A stretch of 63,860 bases of DNA, the filler included, from NCBI GenBank assembly GCA_964501035.1. It is 4 parts of 4 records of this genome, joined end to end, with 100 filler letters (N's around TTAATTAATTAA, not from the genome) between each part and the next. Parts side by side here need not be neighbours in the genome. Positions count along the whole stretch, not along the records: positions 1 to 16,770 come from CAZCRK010000034.1; 3 more parts are not named here. One strand, written 5' to 3'. Under the pieces are notes generated by a model. That model saw only the letters and a program-made list of their open reading frames with translations. It did not search any database and had not been told where the DNA came from. This document shows positions 1 through 11,060 of this stretch, piece by piece. Each line of letters begins with the position of its first letter. Positions within the stretch are counted from its first letter, which is position 1. The translations under genes and the position numbers were made by a program.

Positions 1-454
1 TCAAAAATGCACCCGCTATACTGCTTCCACCATAAAAGTTTACCAGCTCTTGCCACTCTTCATCTGTCGGTATATGCCAACCTTCTGGGGCTAGGCCTCT
101 TGCATCATCTACGGCATACCAATTGTATAAATATCCATATACTTCAGAACAATTACCACCACAAGTTGCTTCTGATTGACTATCTTCATCTTCAGGGTAC
201 TCTGCATAGGCACCAGTATCTGTATCATCTAGGTTTGACCACTCTGAATTACTATATCCTGTTGGGATTGGGTCACCATTGCGGTAATGGGTGGTTTTAA
301 GATTTGTGGTTGTCCATATTTGATCACCAATTTGTACGGTTTCATACACATTACCGTCGATATCAATACACACTATTTCATCTGGTGATACACTATCTTT
401 ACACCCAAGTAAAAATAAAACTACGAAAACAGATGTTATTTTATTATATTTCAT
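1..454 (-). CDS. Fib_succ_major (FISUMP) domain lipoprotein, runs off the window edge
   Basis: Not in the ORF track. Manual translation from ATG 454 (SD AAGGAG upstream): MKYNKITSVFVVLFLLGC (lipobox) ... DIDGNVYETVQIGDQIW..NLK ... YGYLYNWYAV ... APEGWHIPTDEEW, the characteristic family motifs. Confidence 0.88.
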   Translation of the reverse strand, partial: MKYNKITSVFVVLFLLGCKDSVSPDEIVCIDIDGNVYETVQIGDQIWTTTNLKTTHYRNGDPIPTGYSNSEWSNLDDTDTGAYAEYPEDEDSQSEATCGGNCSEVYGYLYNWYAVDDARGLAPEGWHIPTDEEWQELVNFYGGSSIAGAFL

Positions 455-478
455 TTAGACTCCTTTTTTGGTTGCAAT

Positions 479-2161
479 TTAATTTGTTTTCTGCTTTTTT
501 GCCCAACTATCTCGCAAACCCACTGTTTTATTGAAAACAATGTGTGTCGAAGTTGAATCGGAATCTAATATAAAATACCCATTGCGTAAAAATTGATAAT
601 TTTGTCCAATACCTGCATCTTTTAATGCGGGTTCCAATTTTGCATTGGTATTCACAATCAAAGAATTGGGATTTAAATTGGATAGAAAACTATCCCCATC
701 TGCAACATCTTCAGGAAATTCAGTATTAAACAAGTGGTCATAATTGCGAATTTCAGCATTGAGTGCATATTTTGCAGAAACCCAATGCAGTGTGCCCTTC
801 ACTTTTCTCCCATCGTCAGACCAACCACCCTTGGTTTTAGGGTCGTACGTACAATGGAGTTCAACTATGTCTCCATTTTCATTTTTGATAGCATCCGTGC
901 ATGTAATATAGTATGCATGTTTTAAACGTACTTCTCGTCCAACAGATAAACGGAAGAATTTTTTCGGTGCATCTTCCATGAAATCAGATTTTTCAATGTA
1001 AATTTCTTTGGTGAATGTTAAATTTCTTTTGCCTGCATTATCATCTTCTGGATTATTGACCGCCTCGAGTTCATCTTCTTGATTTTCGGGGAAATTTGTA
1101 ATGACTACCTTGAGAGGATCCAGTACAGCCATGTATCGATGTGCAGATGTGTTAAGATCATCTCGCAAACAATGTTCGAGTAGGGCAACATCAATAATAT
1201 TATCTCGTTTGGCAACTCCAATTTTATCCGAAAAATCTCGGATGGATGCTGGTGTAAATCCACGACGTCGTAAACCTGAAATAGTTGGCATGCGAGGGTC
1301 ATCCCATCCAGACACATGCTTGTCATCCACTAATTGTTTTAGTTTACGTTTGCTCATGATTGTGTAGTTTAAATTAAGTCGTGCAAACTCAATTTGACGA
1401 GGGTGGTACACACCTTCTAATTGGTCAATAAACCAATCATACAATGGACGATGATCTTCAAATTCTAATGTACAAAGTGAGTGGGTTATTCCTTCAATGG
1501 AATCTTCTAATCCATGAGCCCAGTCATACATGGGATATATGCACCATTTTTTTCCAGTACGATGATGTTCAGCATGTAAAATTCGATACATAACGGGGTC
1601 ACGCATATTCATGTTTGATGAGGTCATTCCAATTTTAGCACGCAGAACTTTTGATCCATCTGGAAACTCACCATCTTTCATGCGTTCAAACAAATCAAGG
1701 TTTTCATCAACGGGTCTGTTTCTATACGGACTTTTTTTACCTGCTTGGGTGGGAGTACCTCTAAACTCACTTATCTCTTCTGGTGTTAAATCACATACAT
1801 AGGCTTTTCCATGTTTGATAAGTTCAATTGCCCAGTTATATAGTTGTTCAAAATAATCTGATGCAAAGAACAGTCTGTCTTCCCAATCATAGCCAAGCCA
1901 TTTGACATCTTCTTTAATGGATTGTACATACTCGTCTTCTTCTTTTGTAGGGTTTGTATCATCAAAACGAAGGTTACATTTTCCCCCTTGATAATCTTCA
2001 GCAATTCCAAAGTTTAAGCATATTGATTTTGCATGACCAATATGTAAATACCCATTTGGTTCAGGTGGAAAGCGAGTAATAATTTTTTTATGTTTACCTG
2101 TTTCCAAATCATTATCAATGATTTCTCGAATAAAGTTTGATGGTTTTTTTTCTTCAGTCAT
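479..2161 (-). CDS. glnS: Glutamine--tRNA ligase
   Basis: [23 protein letters not shown] (HIGH), [14 protein letters not shown]-terminal anticodon domain; start placed at ATG 2161. Confidence 0.96.
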   Translation of the reverse strand: MTEEKKPSNFIREIIDNDLETGKHKKIITRFPPEPNGYLHIGHAKSICLNFGIAEDYQGGKCNLRFDDTNPTKEEDEYVQSIKEDVKWLGYDWEDRLFFASDYFEQLYNWAIELIKHGKAYVCDLTPEEISEFRGTPTQAGKKSPYRNRPVDENLDLFERMKDGEFPDGSKVLRAKIGMTSSNMNMRDPVMYRILHAEHHRTGKKWCIYPMYDWAHGLEDSIEGITHSLCTLEFEDHRPLYDWFIDQLEGVYHPRQIEFARLNLNYTIMSKRKLKQLVDDKHVSGWDDPRMPTISGLRRRGFTPASIRDFSDKIGVAKRDNIIDVALLEHCLRDDLNTSAHRYMAVLDPLKVVITNFPENQEDELEAVNNPEDDNAGKRNLTFTKEIYIEKSDFMEDAPKKFFRLSVGREVRLKHAYYITCTDAIKNENGDIVELHCTYDPKTKGGWSDDGRKVKGTLHWVSAKYALNAEIRNYDHLFNTEFPEDVADGDSFLSNLNPNSLIVNTNAKLEPALKDAGIGQNYQFLRNGYFILDSDSTSTHIVFNKTVGLRDSWAKKQKTN

Positions 2162-2179
2162 TTTCAACACCCTTGTTGG

Positions 2180-3598
2180 TTATTGGAAATTGTTAAATCG
2201 TTTTACAGACTCATTAACACCTAAAATTATTATAATTAACGCAATATCTGGTCCATGTTCTTGACCAAACAAGGCCAATCGGATAGGGATAAACAAATCT
2301 TTTCCTTTTACACCAGTTTCAATGCCTGTTTCTTTGATAAATGATTTTATGTCTTGCTCGGATAAGTTTGGTTTTTCGGCCAATTTATTACTTAATGTAT
2401 TAAACACTTTTAAAGATGATTCACTTTTTAATACTGCAAGTTGCTCTTTAGAGAATTGAATATCTTTGTAAAAAGGAGCTGAATGTTCAACCATTTCTGC
2501 AAGTGTGTTGGCTCGTTGGCGAGCATTCTCTACTACAGCAAGAAATTTTCGGTTGTCAGAATAGTCTAATTTTGCATTATCAAAGTAGGGTTTTACTCTT
2601 TCAGCAATAATGGATACGTCCATTTCTTTCATGTAGTGGCTATTCATCCAATTTAGTTTTTCAATATCAAAAACTGCACCCCCCTTGTGGATTCGTTTAA
2701 TTGAAAATTCTTTTTGGAGCTCATTCATTGAGAACAACTCTTTATCTGAGTTCGGATGCCAACCTAATAATGCAATAAAATTAATGAGTGCTTCTACCAA
2801 ATATCCTTTTTCAAGATAATCTTCAACAGCAACATCACCCTGTCGTTTGGACAGTTTGGACTTATCGGAGTTTAACAGAAGGGGTAGATGTACAAATTTA
2901 GGTAATTTCCAGTCAAAGAATTGATACAGCAACACATGTTTAGGAGTTGATGGCAACCATTCTTCACCGCGCATAACGTGTGTAATTCCCATCAAATAAT
3001 CATCAACTACATTCGCAAAATGGTAGGTTGGGAAACCATCAGTTTTAATTAACACTTGATCGTCAATTTCATCGGTTTTAATTGCCACTCGTTCCCGTAC
3101 CATATCATAAAATACTACTTCATCATCATCCGGAATTTTCATTCGAATAACATAGGGTTCAGACAGTAATTTCGCTTTAATTTCATCTTTTGAAAGCGAT
3201 AAACAGTGCCGATCATATTTGATAGTTTGCTTGTTCTCTTTTTGAGATTTTCGAACTTCACTAAGGCGATTAGCTGAACAAAAACAGGGGTACGCATCCC
3301 CTTGCTCAATGAGTTGGCTGATATGATGTTTGTAAATTTCTAATCGTTGGCTTTGAAAATATGGACCATTTTTTCCACCTTGATTTGGTCCTTCATCAAA
3401 CTTTAATCCCATTTTTTCAAACGAAGAATCGAGGTTATCTACTGCACCTTCAACCTTTCGATTTTGGTCTGTATCTTCAATCCGAAGAACCATTTGACCA
3501 CCCACTTTTTTGGTATATAAATAGTTATAAAGTGCCGTGCGTAATCCACCTACATGTAAATAACCAGTTGGACTGGGTGCAAAACGAACTTTTGTCAT
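2180..3598 (-). CDS. gltX: Glutamate--tRNA ligase
   Basis: RFAPSPTGYLHVGG, LRIEDTD, KLSKR motifs. Confidence 0.96.
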   Translation of the reverse strand: MTKVRFAPSPTGYLHVGGLRTALYNYLYTKKVGGQMVLRIEDTDQNRKVEGAVDNLDSSFEKMGLKFDEGPNQGGKNGPYFQSQRLEIYKHHISQLIEQGDAYPCFCSANRLSEVRKSQKENKQTIKYDRHCLSLSKDEIKAKLLSEPYVIRMKIPDDDEVVFYDMVRERVAIKTDEIDDQVLIKTDGFPTYHFANVVDDYLMGITHVMRGEEWLPSTPKHVLLYQFFDWKLPKFVHLPLLLNSDKSKLSKRQGDVAVEDYLEKGYLVEALINFIALLGWHPNSDKELFSMNELQKEFSIKRIHKGGAVFDIEKLNWMNSHYMKEMDVSIIAERVKPYFDNAKLDYSDNRKFLAVVENARQRANTLAEMVEHSAPFYKDIQFSKEQLAVLKSESSLKVFNTLSNKLAEKPNLSEQDIKSFIKETGIETGVKGKDLFIPIRLALFGQEHGPDIALIIIILGVNESVKRFNNFQ

Positions 3599-4078
3599 TT
3601 AGGCCTCTTTAAGCAAGATAGTTGCTGTTGCAGCTATTCCATCACCACGTCCAGTAAATCCAAGGTGATCAGTAGTAGTTGCTTTTACAGATATATTTGA
3701 AATATCTACTGCAAGCATTGAGGCAATATTATTTTTCATTTCATCCATGTAAATGTTTAGGTGTGGAGTTTGTAAAATGATAGTTGAATCAAGGTTATTA
3801 ACTAAGAACCCTTTGTTTTGAACTAGCTGAAAGGCATATTTAACAAATTCAGAACTATTAGCATTCTTCCATTTTGAATTTGTTGATGGGAAATGTTGTC
3901 CAATATCTCCTAAAGATAAGGCACCTAGCAATGCATCTACAATTGCATGCAATAAAACATCGCCGTCACTGTGCCCCTCTGATCCTTTATCTGATGGAAT
4001 ATTGACTCCACCAATTATTAACTCAACCCCTTTAACTAATTGATGTGCATCAAATCCGTGTCCAATTCGAAAACTCAT
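3599..4078 (-). CDS. ispF: 2-C-methyl-D-erythritol 2,4-cyclodiphosphate synthase
   Basis: RIGHGFDAH, GHSDGDVLLHAIVDALLGA, SVKATT. Confidence 0.96.
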   Translation of the reverse strand: MSFRIGHGFDAHQLVKGVELIIGGVNIPSDKGSEGHSDGDVLLHAIVDALLGALSLGDIGQHFPSTNSKWKNANSSEFVKYAFQLVQNKGFLVNNLDSTIILQTPHLNIYMDEMKNNIASMLAVDISNISVKATTTDHLGFTGRGDGIAATATILLKEA

Positions 4079-4095
4079 CTTCTTCCTTTAAGACA

Positions 4096-5154
4096 TTAAA
4101 CAATAATCATTGCATCGCCATAAGAATAAAATCGATATTTTTCATCAATAGCTTCTTTATATGCCTTGAGAATGAAATCCTTATTCGCATATGCAGATAC
4201 AAGCATCATCAATGTAGATTTTGGCTGATGGAAATTAGTGATTAATCTATCACTCATTTTAAAATTGTATGGTGGGTAAATGAATTTATCTGTCCAACCA
4301 CGTTTTGAAGTTATCTGAAACCCAGAAACCACAACAGATTCAAGGGTCCTTACGGTTGATGTGCCTACAGTAAAAATTTTCTTCTTCTTCGCTCTTGCTC
4401 TGTTTATAATTTTTGCTGTTTCTTGAGGAACATGGAAATATTCAGAATCCATATTATGTCGTGTTAAATCTTCAACCATAATAGGTCTGAATGTTCCAAG
4501 ACCGATATGAAGTGTAACATTTGCAATATGCACACCTTTTTCTTTTAATTTTTCAATGATTTCTTCAGAAAAATGTGTTCCAGCGGTTGGTGCAGCTACT
4601 GAACCTCTTTCGGATGCATATACCGTTTGATAGTTTTCTTTATCTTCAGGAATAGCGTCTCTTTTAATGTAGGGAGGAAGCGGGGCATGACCTTCTTTAT
4701 CGATGTAAGGATAAACATTTTCTCGACTAAATTCAAATCGAAGAACACGACCACCCGAAATAGTATTATCAATCACATCACACGATAATTCATCACTAAA
4801 ATGTAATTTGTTTCCAATGCGAACTTTTCGTGCAGGGCGAACCATTGCTTCCCATAAATCATTTTCTAATTCCCGAAGCAAAAATACTTCTACCCGTGCC
4901 TCAGATTTATCTTTGTATGCAAATAATCGTGCAGGATACACCAAGGTGTTGTTTACAACTAGAACATCACCTTTTTTGAAAAAATCAACGATATCAGTAA
5001 ATTGTTTATGCTCGATGGTTTCATCATCACGATTTAAAACCATTAACCTACAACCATCTCTTTTCTCTGATGGAAATTGTGCTATTAACTCCTCAGGTAT
5101 TTCCATTTCAAACTCTGATAAACGAGGTGGTTTTTCTACTGATCCAAAATACAT
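4096..5154 (-). CDS. queA: S-adenosylmethionine:tRNA ribosyltransferase-isomerase
   Basis: PLPPYIKR, YQTVYA, GSVAAPTAG, TNFHQP, YRFYSYGDAM. Confidence 0.96.
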   Translation of the reverse strand: MYFGSVEKPPRLSEFEMEIPEELIAQFPSEKRDGCRLMVLNRDDETIEHKQFTDIVDFFKKGDVLVVNNTLVYPARLFAYKDKSEARVEVFLLRELENDLWEAMVRPARKVRIGNKLHFSDELSCDVIDNTISGGRVLRFEFSRENVYPYIDKEGHAPLPPYIKRDAIPEDKENYQTVYASERGSVAAPTAGTHFSEEIIEKLKEKGVHIANVTLHIGLGTFRPIMVEDLTRHNMDSEYFHVPQETAKIINRARAKKKKIFTVGTSTVRTLESVVVSGFQITSKRGWTDKFIYPPYNFKMSDRLITNFHQPKSTLMMLVSAYANKDFILKAYKEAIDEKYRFYSYGDAMIIV

Positions 5155-5168
5155 ATACGTCCTTTCAA

Positions 5169-6212
5169 TTAAAAAATATTAGTTTGATTTTTCAAATTTG
5201 GATTTTGAACATTCAAATATGAAAAAGATTTTTCCAATGCCAATCTACCCCGAGAAGTTCGTTGAATAAATCCCTCTTTAATGAGGAATGGTTCATATAC
5301 TTCTTCAATTGTTCGAGCATCTTCAGATATTGCAACACCAAGCGATTCTATTCCTACGGGACCACCATTGAAGTTTTTTACCAAAGCAGTCAAAATTCTG
5401 CGGTCCATTTCATCCAAGCCATTATCATCAATCCCTAACCGCTTTAATGATTTTTGAGCAACTTCAAAAGTTATCACACCCTGTGATTCAATTTGAGCAA
5501 AATCTCGAGCTCGTCGAAGAATACGATTTGCAACTCTAGGAGTTCCCCTAGATCGTCTAGCGATTTCTAAAGCACCGTTTTCTTCAATATCAATTTTAAG
5601 GATATTGGCAGATCGGTTAATAATTGACACTAATTCTGTGTCGGAATAAAAGTCTAACCGAAGAATGACCCCAAATCTATCTCGCATGGGTGATGTTAAG
5701 TTTCCAAGTCGAGTGGTAGCCCCAATCAGTGTAAATGGATTTAAATTTAACTGAACCGAACGCGCACTTGGACCTTTGTCCAACATTATATCGATAGTGT
5801 AGTCTTCCATTGCTGAGTACAAGTATTCTTCAACCACACTACTTAGTCTATGAATTTCATCAATAAAAAATACATCGTGGTCAGATAAATTTGTTAAGAT
5901 TCCTGCTAAATCACCAGCTCTATCCAATACCGGCCCGGATGATAATTTAATATTAACATTCATTTCTTTGGCAATAATACTAGCTAACGTAGTTTTGCCC
6001 AACCCTGGTGGACCAAAAAGCAAAACATGGTCTAAAGATTCACCACGTTGTTGTGCGGCCTGAATATAAACCTTCAGGTTGTTTACTGTCTCCTTTTGAC
6101 CTACAAATTCATCAAATTGACATGGACGCAAAGATAATTCTGCCTGAACATCCTCATCGAATTTGTCTGGAGAAGTAATAGTATTTTTAGGGTCTTTGGA
6201 TGACTCAATCAT
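5169..6212 (-). CDS. ruvB: Holliday junction helicase RuvB
   Basis: LRP, GPPGLGKTT, FIDEIHRL, GATTR, RGTPR. Confidence 0.97.
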   Translation of the reverse strand: MIESSKDPKNTITSPDKFDEDVQAELSLRPCQFDEFVGQKETVNNLKVYIQAAQQRGESLDHVLLFGPPGLGKTTLASIIAKEMNVNIKLSSGPVLDRAGDLAGILTNLSDHDVFFIDEIHRLSSVVEEYLYSAMEDYTIDIMLDKGPSARSVQLNLNPFTLIGATTRLGNLTSPMRDRFGVILRLDFYSDTELVSIINRSANILKIDIEENGALEIARRSRGTPRVANRILRRARDFAQIESQGVITFEVAQKSLKRLGIDDNGLDEMDRRILTALVKNFNGGPVGIESLGVAISEDARTIEEVYEPFLIKEGFIQRTSRGRLALEKSFSYLNVQNPNLKNQTNIF

Positions 6213-6316
6213 GAATGAAAATCAAAACAATAATTTAAGCATAAAACCAGCCTGAGTAAAAGAAATTAGTTGTCTATTTTGGAACAATTTAATCTTTATT
6301 ATTAGGTGAATATTAA

Positions 6317-6751
6317 CTACGAATATCCAAATGTATTTTTAATTCTTTTAGATGTTTGGAAATATTTTATCCATAGCGAAGCCCAACCCAAAGCCAAAAC
6401 AATTATACTTACTAGCATGGGTAAAGCCTTAACCAACTCAATACTATTCATTGGAGGTTGTTGTCCTATAATCCTATAAACAATCAATCCGTAGAAAATA
6501 CGCAGTAACAGTAATGCTGTCATGACGCGTGACATAAAAATATTCCAGTAGATTGCTTTTGAAGATTTCATCAGTATTAGTACTATAGGAGTAATACTGA
6601 TTGTGAAGATTGCAAAAAGGAGAATTAAAGGGTATTCAAAAAACCAACCGGATAAACCTGCAGAGTAGAAAAGAAGAACAGGAATTGAAAAAATAATGTA
6701 AAACATTAACCAACCTCCTAACCCTTCAACCTCTTTAGTGTTTAAATTCAC
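6317..6751 (-). CDS. Small membrane protein (DUF2569-like)
   Basis: About four hydrophobic segments; N-terminal GLGGWL and C-terminal YFQTSKRIKNTF resemble DUF2569. Confidence 0.6.
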   Translation of the reverse strand: MNLNTKEVEGLGGWLMFYIIFSIPVLLFYSAGLSGWFFEYPLILLFAIFTISITPIVLILMKSSKAIYWNIFMSRVMTALLLLRIFYGLIVYRIIGQQPPMNSIELVKALPMLVSIIVLALGWASLWIKYFQTSKRIKNTFGYS

Positions 6752-6923
6752 TTTTCTCCCTTATCATTTTTATTTTCTTCAAAATCACTTTATGAAAAAT
6801 GTAACCCTATTTACAATTGTATTTGGAACAATAACAATATTTTTGCATTTGAAAATGGTACTAACTTATGAAATTGGAATTTTATCGACACTTTGATAAG
6901 TACTAAATTCTGCAATTAATTTT

Positions 6924-9224
6924 ATGCAAAAAACATATAACATACTATTGTTACTCATCATAAGTTTGGGTCAAGTAATACCACAAAGTCAAGTATCTAT
7001 TTTAGAAATGAAAAATACGGCTCGTCTTTATGCGAACGCTGGTTATTATGTTGATGCAATTTCAGAATATGAGAGAATGTTATTTTCTCAAGAAGAAATT
7101 TTGGGGAAAAATCATATTGAAATTGCCGAAACGTATAATCATCTTGGAGAGTTATATGTAATAGTTGGTGATTTAACCATTGCAGATATGTACTTTCAAG
7201 ATGCGCTTCGTATTTATGAACTAAATGTTATTCAGACACAATCCAAACTTGTTTCACCACTTCGAAATTTATTAGAAATTTACTCCTTAACTGGAGACAG
7301 TGCAAACCAACAAATAATTACGGATCGAATTAATCATATTTCCCTCTTAGATAGTTTGTTCAATAGCGGAGAAGCATTATCAGTTTGGTCTCCTAGCCTA
7401 CAGCAACAACCAAGCTTTGTTGATTCAACATCTCTAGTGTCTGTATATACTGTAGAGGATGAAGCAATTGACCTTATAGATTTGGGATTTTCCTATTTAG
7501 ACAGAGGATTGTTTTCAGAATCCATTGAAAGTTTTTCAAGAGGCATTCAACTCCACACTCAAAATGTTGACCTTGAATTTTTAACGAGTTTAAATTTTGG
7601 AGACTCCGTTCGAGTAGAAAATATAATATCAACAATTGAATCTAGAATGATTATTGATTCAACTAATTACACTTCAGACTTTATAGCTGCATTAATTTTT
7701 ATTGATTCTGATTCAGTTAAATTCACCCAACATATTGAATCGTATTTACAATTTGACCCAACTGATACACGGGCAATGATGTTGCTGGCTAACTCATATT
7801 ATGAAGATTCAAATTGGATTGATGCATCTATGATGTATCTAAAAGTGTTGTTATTAGAAAATAATATTGACGCACAATTTGGCAAAGCAATGTGTTTAAA
7901 GCATTTAGGTTACTTTGAAGACGCCATCGTTACATTCTTAATGGTGTTGGAACAAGACCCATACTTCTATGAAGCATTTTATCAATCTGGGTTGTCATAT
8001 ATGAACTTAGAAAAATATGATTTAGCAATTCCTCAACTTACTCAATCTTTATTGCTGAATCCAGAAAATACAAATATATATTATGACCTTGGAGTGTCGT
8101 ATGTAAGAACCGATAAAATCAGACAAGCTTTGGAGGCTTTTAATAGAACAGTTAGCCTAAATTCTGAACATGGTCAAGCGTATTATGAGCTTGGATTAAT
8201 TCATGAAATATTATTGAATTTAGATAAAGCCATTGAATCCTATACTTTATCTCGGAAGTATTCACCCGAAATTTCTGATGTTCATTTAAGGTTGGGTATG
8301 TTGCTTTTCAATAATGATCAGAAAAAAGAAGCAATGGATCCTTTGCGAGAATTTGTTATCAATAACCCTGATAGTTTGCATGTTGTTGAGGTGCTAGGTG
8401 ATGTGTTTATGTCACAAAACAGGTACCCAGAAGCTATAGATGCATTTACCAGATTGAAAGAAATATACCCAGAAAATGTTTCATATTATACTGCAATAGC
8501 AGAATCTCACTGGCAATTAAAAGAGTATTCCGAAGCTAAACTTGCATATAAGGCAATTCTAGAATTTGATGATGAAAATACTGAAGTGATGTATAGGTTA
8601 GGTGTAATATCTAATGAACTTGGTGAATTTGACGAAGCTGTAAATTATATTCTTTCAGCCATTGATTGTGGTACTCCCACCATGAGTATGTTCTATCAAT
8701 TAGCACTTGCCTATGGAAGTATGCAAAATTATATGCAGGCAATAATTTCATTTCAAGATGCATTAGCATTAGCCCCAAATGATGCAGAAATTCATTACCA
8801 ATTAGGGGTAGCCTATCAAGCTATGGAAATCCATACTTTGGCTATAAACGAATTTAACATATATCTCAATCAATTTCCAGAAGATGAAACTGCCTACTTT
8901 TTAATGGGGCAATCTCAATTTGAACTAGAAGATTATTACCAAGCCCATATCTCATTTTCAGCCGTAAGCGACTTAAATAAAGATGATTATCGTTCCTTGT
9001 ACTTTATCGGATTATGTCAATCACAATTGGGTGATGAATGGGAAGCTGCAAAATCATTTAAAAAGGCACTTAAAATTAATCCAGATGATGCTTTATCACA
9101 TTTTGAATTAGCTAAATCATATCTTCAATTAAACAAAAAACGCGAAGCCAAAAAGAAATTAAATATTCTCTATATTTTAGATAGAGATTTACACGATTCT
9201 CTTAAATATTTTATCAATTTATAA
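6924..9224 (+). CDS. Secreted tetratricopeptide-repeat protein
   Basis: Signal-like N-terminus; many ~34-aa TPR units (e.g. YYDLGVSY..A...F, YYELG). Confidence 0.85.
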   Translation: MQKTYNILLLLIISLGQVIPQSQVSILEMKNTARLYANAGYYVDAISEYERMLFSQEEILGKNHIEIAETYNHLGELYVIVGDLTIADMYFQDALRIYELNVIQTQSKLVSPLRNLLEIYSLTGDSANQQIITDRINHISLLDSLFNSGEALSVWSPSLQQQPSFVDSTSLVSVYTVEDEAIDLIDLGFSYLDRGLFSESIESFSRGIQLHTQNVDLEFLTSLNFGDSVRVENIISTIESRMIIDSTNYTSDFIAALIFIDSDSVKFTQHIESYLQFDPTDTRAMMLLANSYYEDSNWIDASMMYLKVLLLENNIDAQFGKAMCLKHLGYFEDAIVTFLMVLEQDPYFYEAFYQSGLSYMNLEKYDLAIPQLTQSLLLNPENTNIYYDLGVSYVRTDKIRQALEAFNRTVSLNSEHGQAYYELGLIHEILLNLDKAIESYTLSRKYSPEISDVHLRLGMLLFNNDQKKEAMDPLREFVINNPDSLHVVEVLGDVFMSQNRYPEAIDAFTRLKEIYPENVSYYTAIAESHWQLKEYSEAKLAYKAILEFDDENTEVMYRLGVISNELGEFDEAVNYILSAIDCGTPTMSMFYQLALAYGSMQNYMQAIISFQDALALAPNDAEIHYQLGVAYQAMEIHTLAINEFNIYLNQFPEDETAYFLMGQSQFELEDYYQAHISFSAVSDLNKDDYRSLYFIGLCQSQLGDEWEAAKSFKKALKINPDDALSHFELAKSYLQLNKKREAKKKLNILYILDRDLHDSLKYFINL

Positions 9225-9342
9225 TCCAGAAATATAAAGCAATTTGATATTTATTCTTAAAAATATTAAAAAATATTTGTAAATTTTCCACCGTTTTTTA
9301 CTGATGATTTAACCAAATTTACATATTACAATTGAGGATTAA

Positions 9343-10038
9343 ATGAAAATATTGATACCACCAAGCGAAGGTAAAGCAAAAGTAAAACCAACTGAAACTC
9401 GATTTCATGAAACTGGATTTCGATTTGAAAGACAAGTAAATCAAGTTGTTAGATTATTAAGTTTAATTGAAGATGAAGATTTAAAATCTGTATATGGCAC
9501 ATCTCCAGAAAAAGCTCTGACTTTTCATCGACAAAACCAAGATGTTATGAATAGTCGATGTGTTCATGCTATTGAGAGATATACTGGTGTGGTTTATGAG
9601 CATATAAATTGGTCAACAATCTCTAAAAAGGGTCAAAATTTCATGGATAAACACATGCTCATTTTTAGTGGTTTATTTGGTATGGTTACTCCGAAAACAT
9701 TAATACCAGATTATAAATTAAAAATGAATGTACTTTCTTTACAATACCATTGGAACCCTGTTTTAACTGAAGCACTTAAAGATGAAGACCTCATCATTGA
9801 TTTACTTCCTCAAGTTCACCGAAAAGCATACACTGCTGGACCGAACGTAGTACCTGTTGATTTTTCAGTAATTAATAAAGGTAAAAAAACTGCCGCAGGC
9901 CACTTCGGCAAATCAGTAAAAGGTGAGTTTATTCGATATATGGCTGAAAATAATATCACTTCAACCGAACAATTTGATTCATTCAAATACGATGGTTTTT
10001 ATTGGGATGGTGAATCATTCGTTCGAGAAGAAAGTTAA
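9343..10038 (+). CDS. yaaA: YaaA / DUF328 peroxide-stress protein
   Basis: ILIPPSEGK, AIERYTGVVY, IFSGLFG, IPDYKLKM. Confidence 0.8.
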   Translation: MKILIPPSEGKAKVKPTETRFHETGFRFERQVNQVVRLLSLIEDEDLKSVYGTSPEKALTFHRQNQDVMNSRCVHAIERYTGVVYEHINWSTISKKGQNFMDKHMLIFSGLFGMVTPKTLIPDYKLKMNVLSLQYHWNPVLTEALKDEDLIIDLLPQVHRKAYTAGPNVVPVDFSVINKGKKTAAGHFGKSVKGEFIRYMAENNITSTEQFDSFKYDGFYWDGESFVREES

Positions 10039-10115
10039 AAAAATTAATTTACTTCGGAACTTTTTAATTTATTAAACATACATAATTTTTTCTATAAAGA
10101 GGAGACTTGCTGTTC

Positions 10116-11060
10116 ATGATACGAGTAGAAAATCTGTCCAAAAACTATGGGGAAGTTCGGGCAGTCAAAAAAATAAACTTTGAAATAAACGACGGAGAAA
10201 TTGTCGGATTTTTAGGTGCAAATGGTGCCGGGAAATCAACTACACTCAAAGTAATTACTGGATATTTAACCCCCACATCTGGTGATGTAATGGTTAATGG
10301 AATGAATATTATGGAAGATTCATTCAAAATACGAGAACAAATTGGTTACTTGCCTGAGTTGAACCCACTATATACAGAAATGAAAGTATATGATTTACTT
10401 GTGTTTACTGCTAAAATTCGTGGTATAGAAGGTAAAGCTTTTAGAACTGCATTAGATAAGGTAGTCGAACAATGTGGCCTAAAAGGTGTAATCCATAAAG
10501 ATGTCTCAGAATGTTCAAAAGGGTATAAACAACGTATCGGATTAGCATGTGCAATGATTCATGATCCTAAAATATTAATTTTAGATGAACCGGTAACCGG
10601 ACTTGACCCAAATCAAATTGTTGAAATTCGTGAATTGATTAAAGAGTTGGGTAGAGAAAAATTAGTGCTAATGTCAAGCCATATTCTTCAAGAAATTCAA
10701 GCAACTGTTGATAGAATAATCATCATCAACAAGGGTGAAATAGTTGCAGATGGTACAAATGAAGAGTTGATGAGTAATTTCATGGGAAAAACTCAGTTAA
10801 CATTTGATGTAAAAAATGCAACAGAGGAAACCATTAGTACTATGCCAGATGTAGTTAAAAACATTAATATGTTGTCAGCTAAGGCAAACAATGGGAGACA
10901 TATTCTTAGTTTGGAATATGCAAAAGAAAATGATCCTCGCGAAGCACTCTTTAACTATGCAGTAAAATCAAACTGGACCATAATGGAAATGAGTCCACAT
11001 TCTGCTAACCTTGAAGATTTATTCCGTACATTAACATTGGATGGAGGTGCAAATGCGTAA
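10116..11060 (+). CDS. ABC transporter ATP-binding protein (GldA-like)
   Basis: GANGAGKST Walker A, SKGYKQR signature, LILDEP; followed by GldF/GldG-like genes. Confidence 0.88.
   Translation: MIRVENLSKNYGEVRAVKKINFEINDGEIVGFLGANGAGKSTTLKVITGYLTPTSGDVMVNGMNIMEDSFKIREQIGYLPELNPLYTEMKVYDLLVFTAKIRGIEGKAFRTALDKVVEQCGLKGVIHKDVSECSKGYKQRIGLACAMIHDPKILILDEPVTGLDPNQIVEIRELIKELGREKLVLMSSHILQEIQATVDRIIIINKGEIVADGTNEELMSNFMGKTQLTFDVKNATEETISTMPDVVKNINMLSAKANNGRHILSLEYAKENDPREALFNYAVKSNWTIMEMSPHSANLEDLFRTLTLDGGANA

Noticed and set aside
1..454. Diversity-generating retroelement target
   Set aside because: No reverse transcriptase or template/variable repeat pair was seen in the window.
7..534. Plus-strand ORFs 7-300 and 304-534
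   Set aside because: Antisense shadows of the minus-strand FISUMP gene and glnS.
6278..6832. 11-bp direct repeat TTTGGAACAAT flanking the DUF2569-like gene
   Set aside because: Short and AT-rich with no mobile-element features; could be chance.
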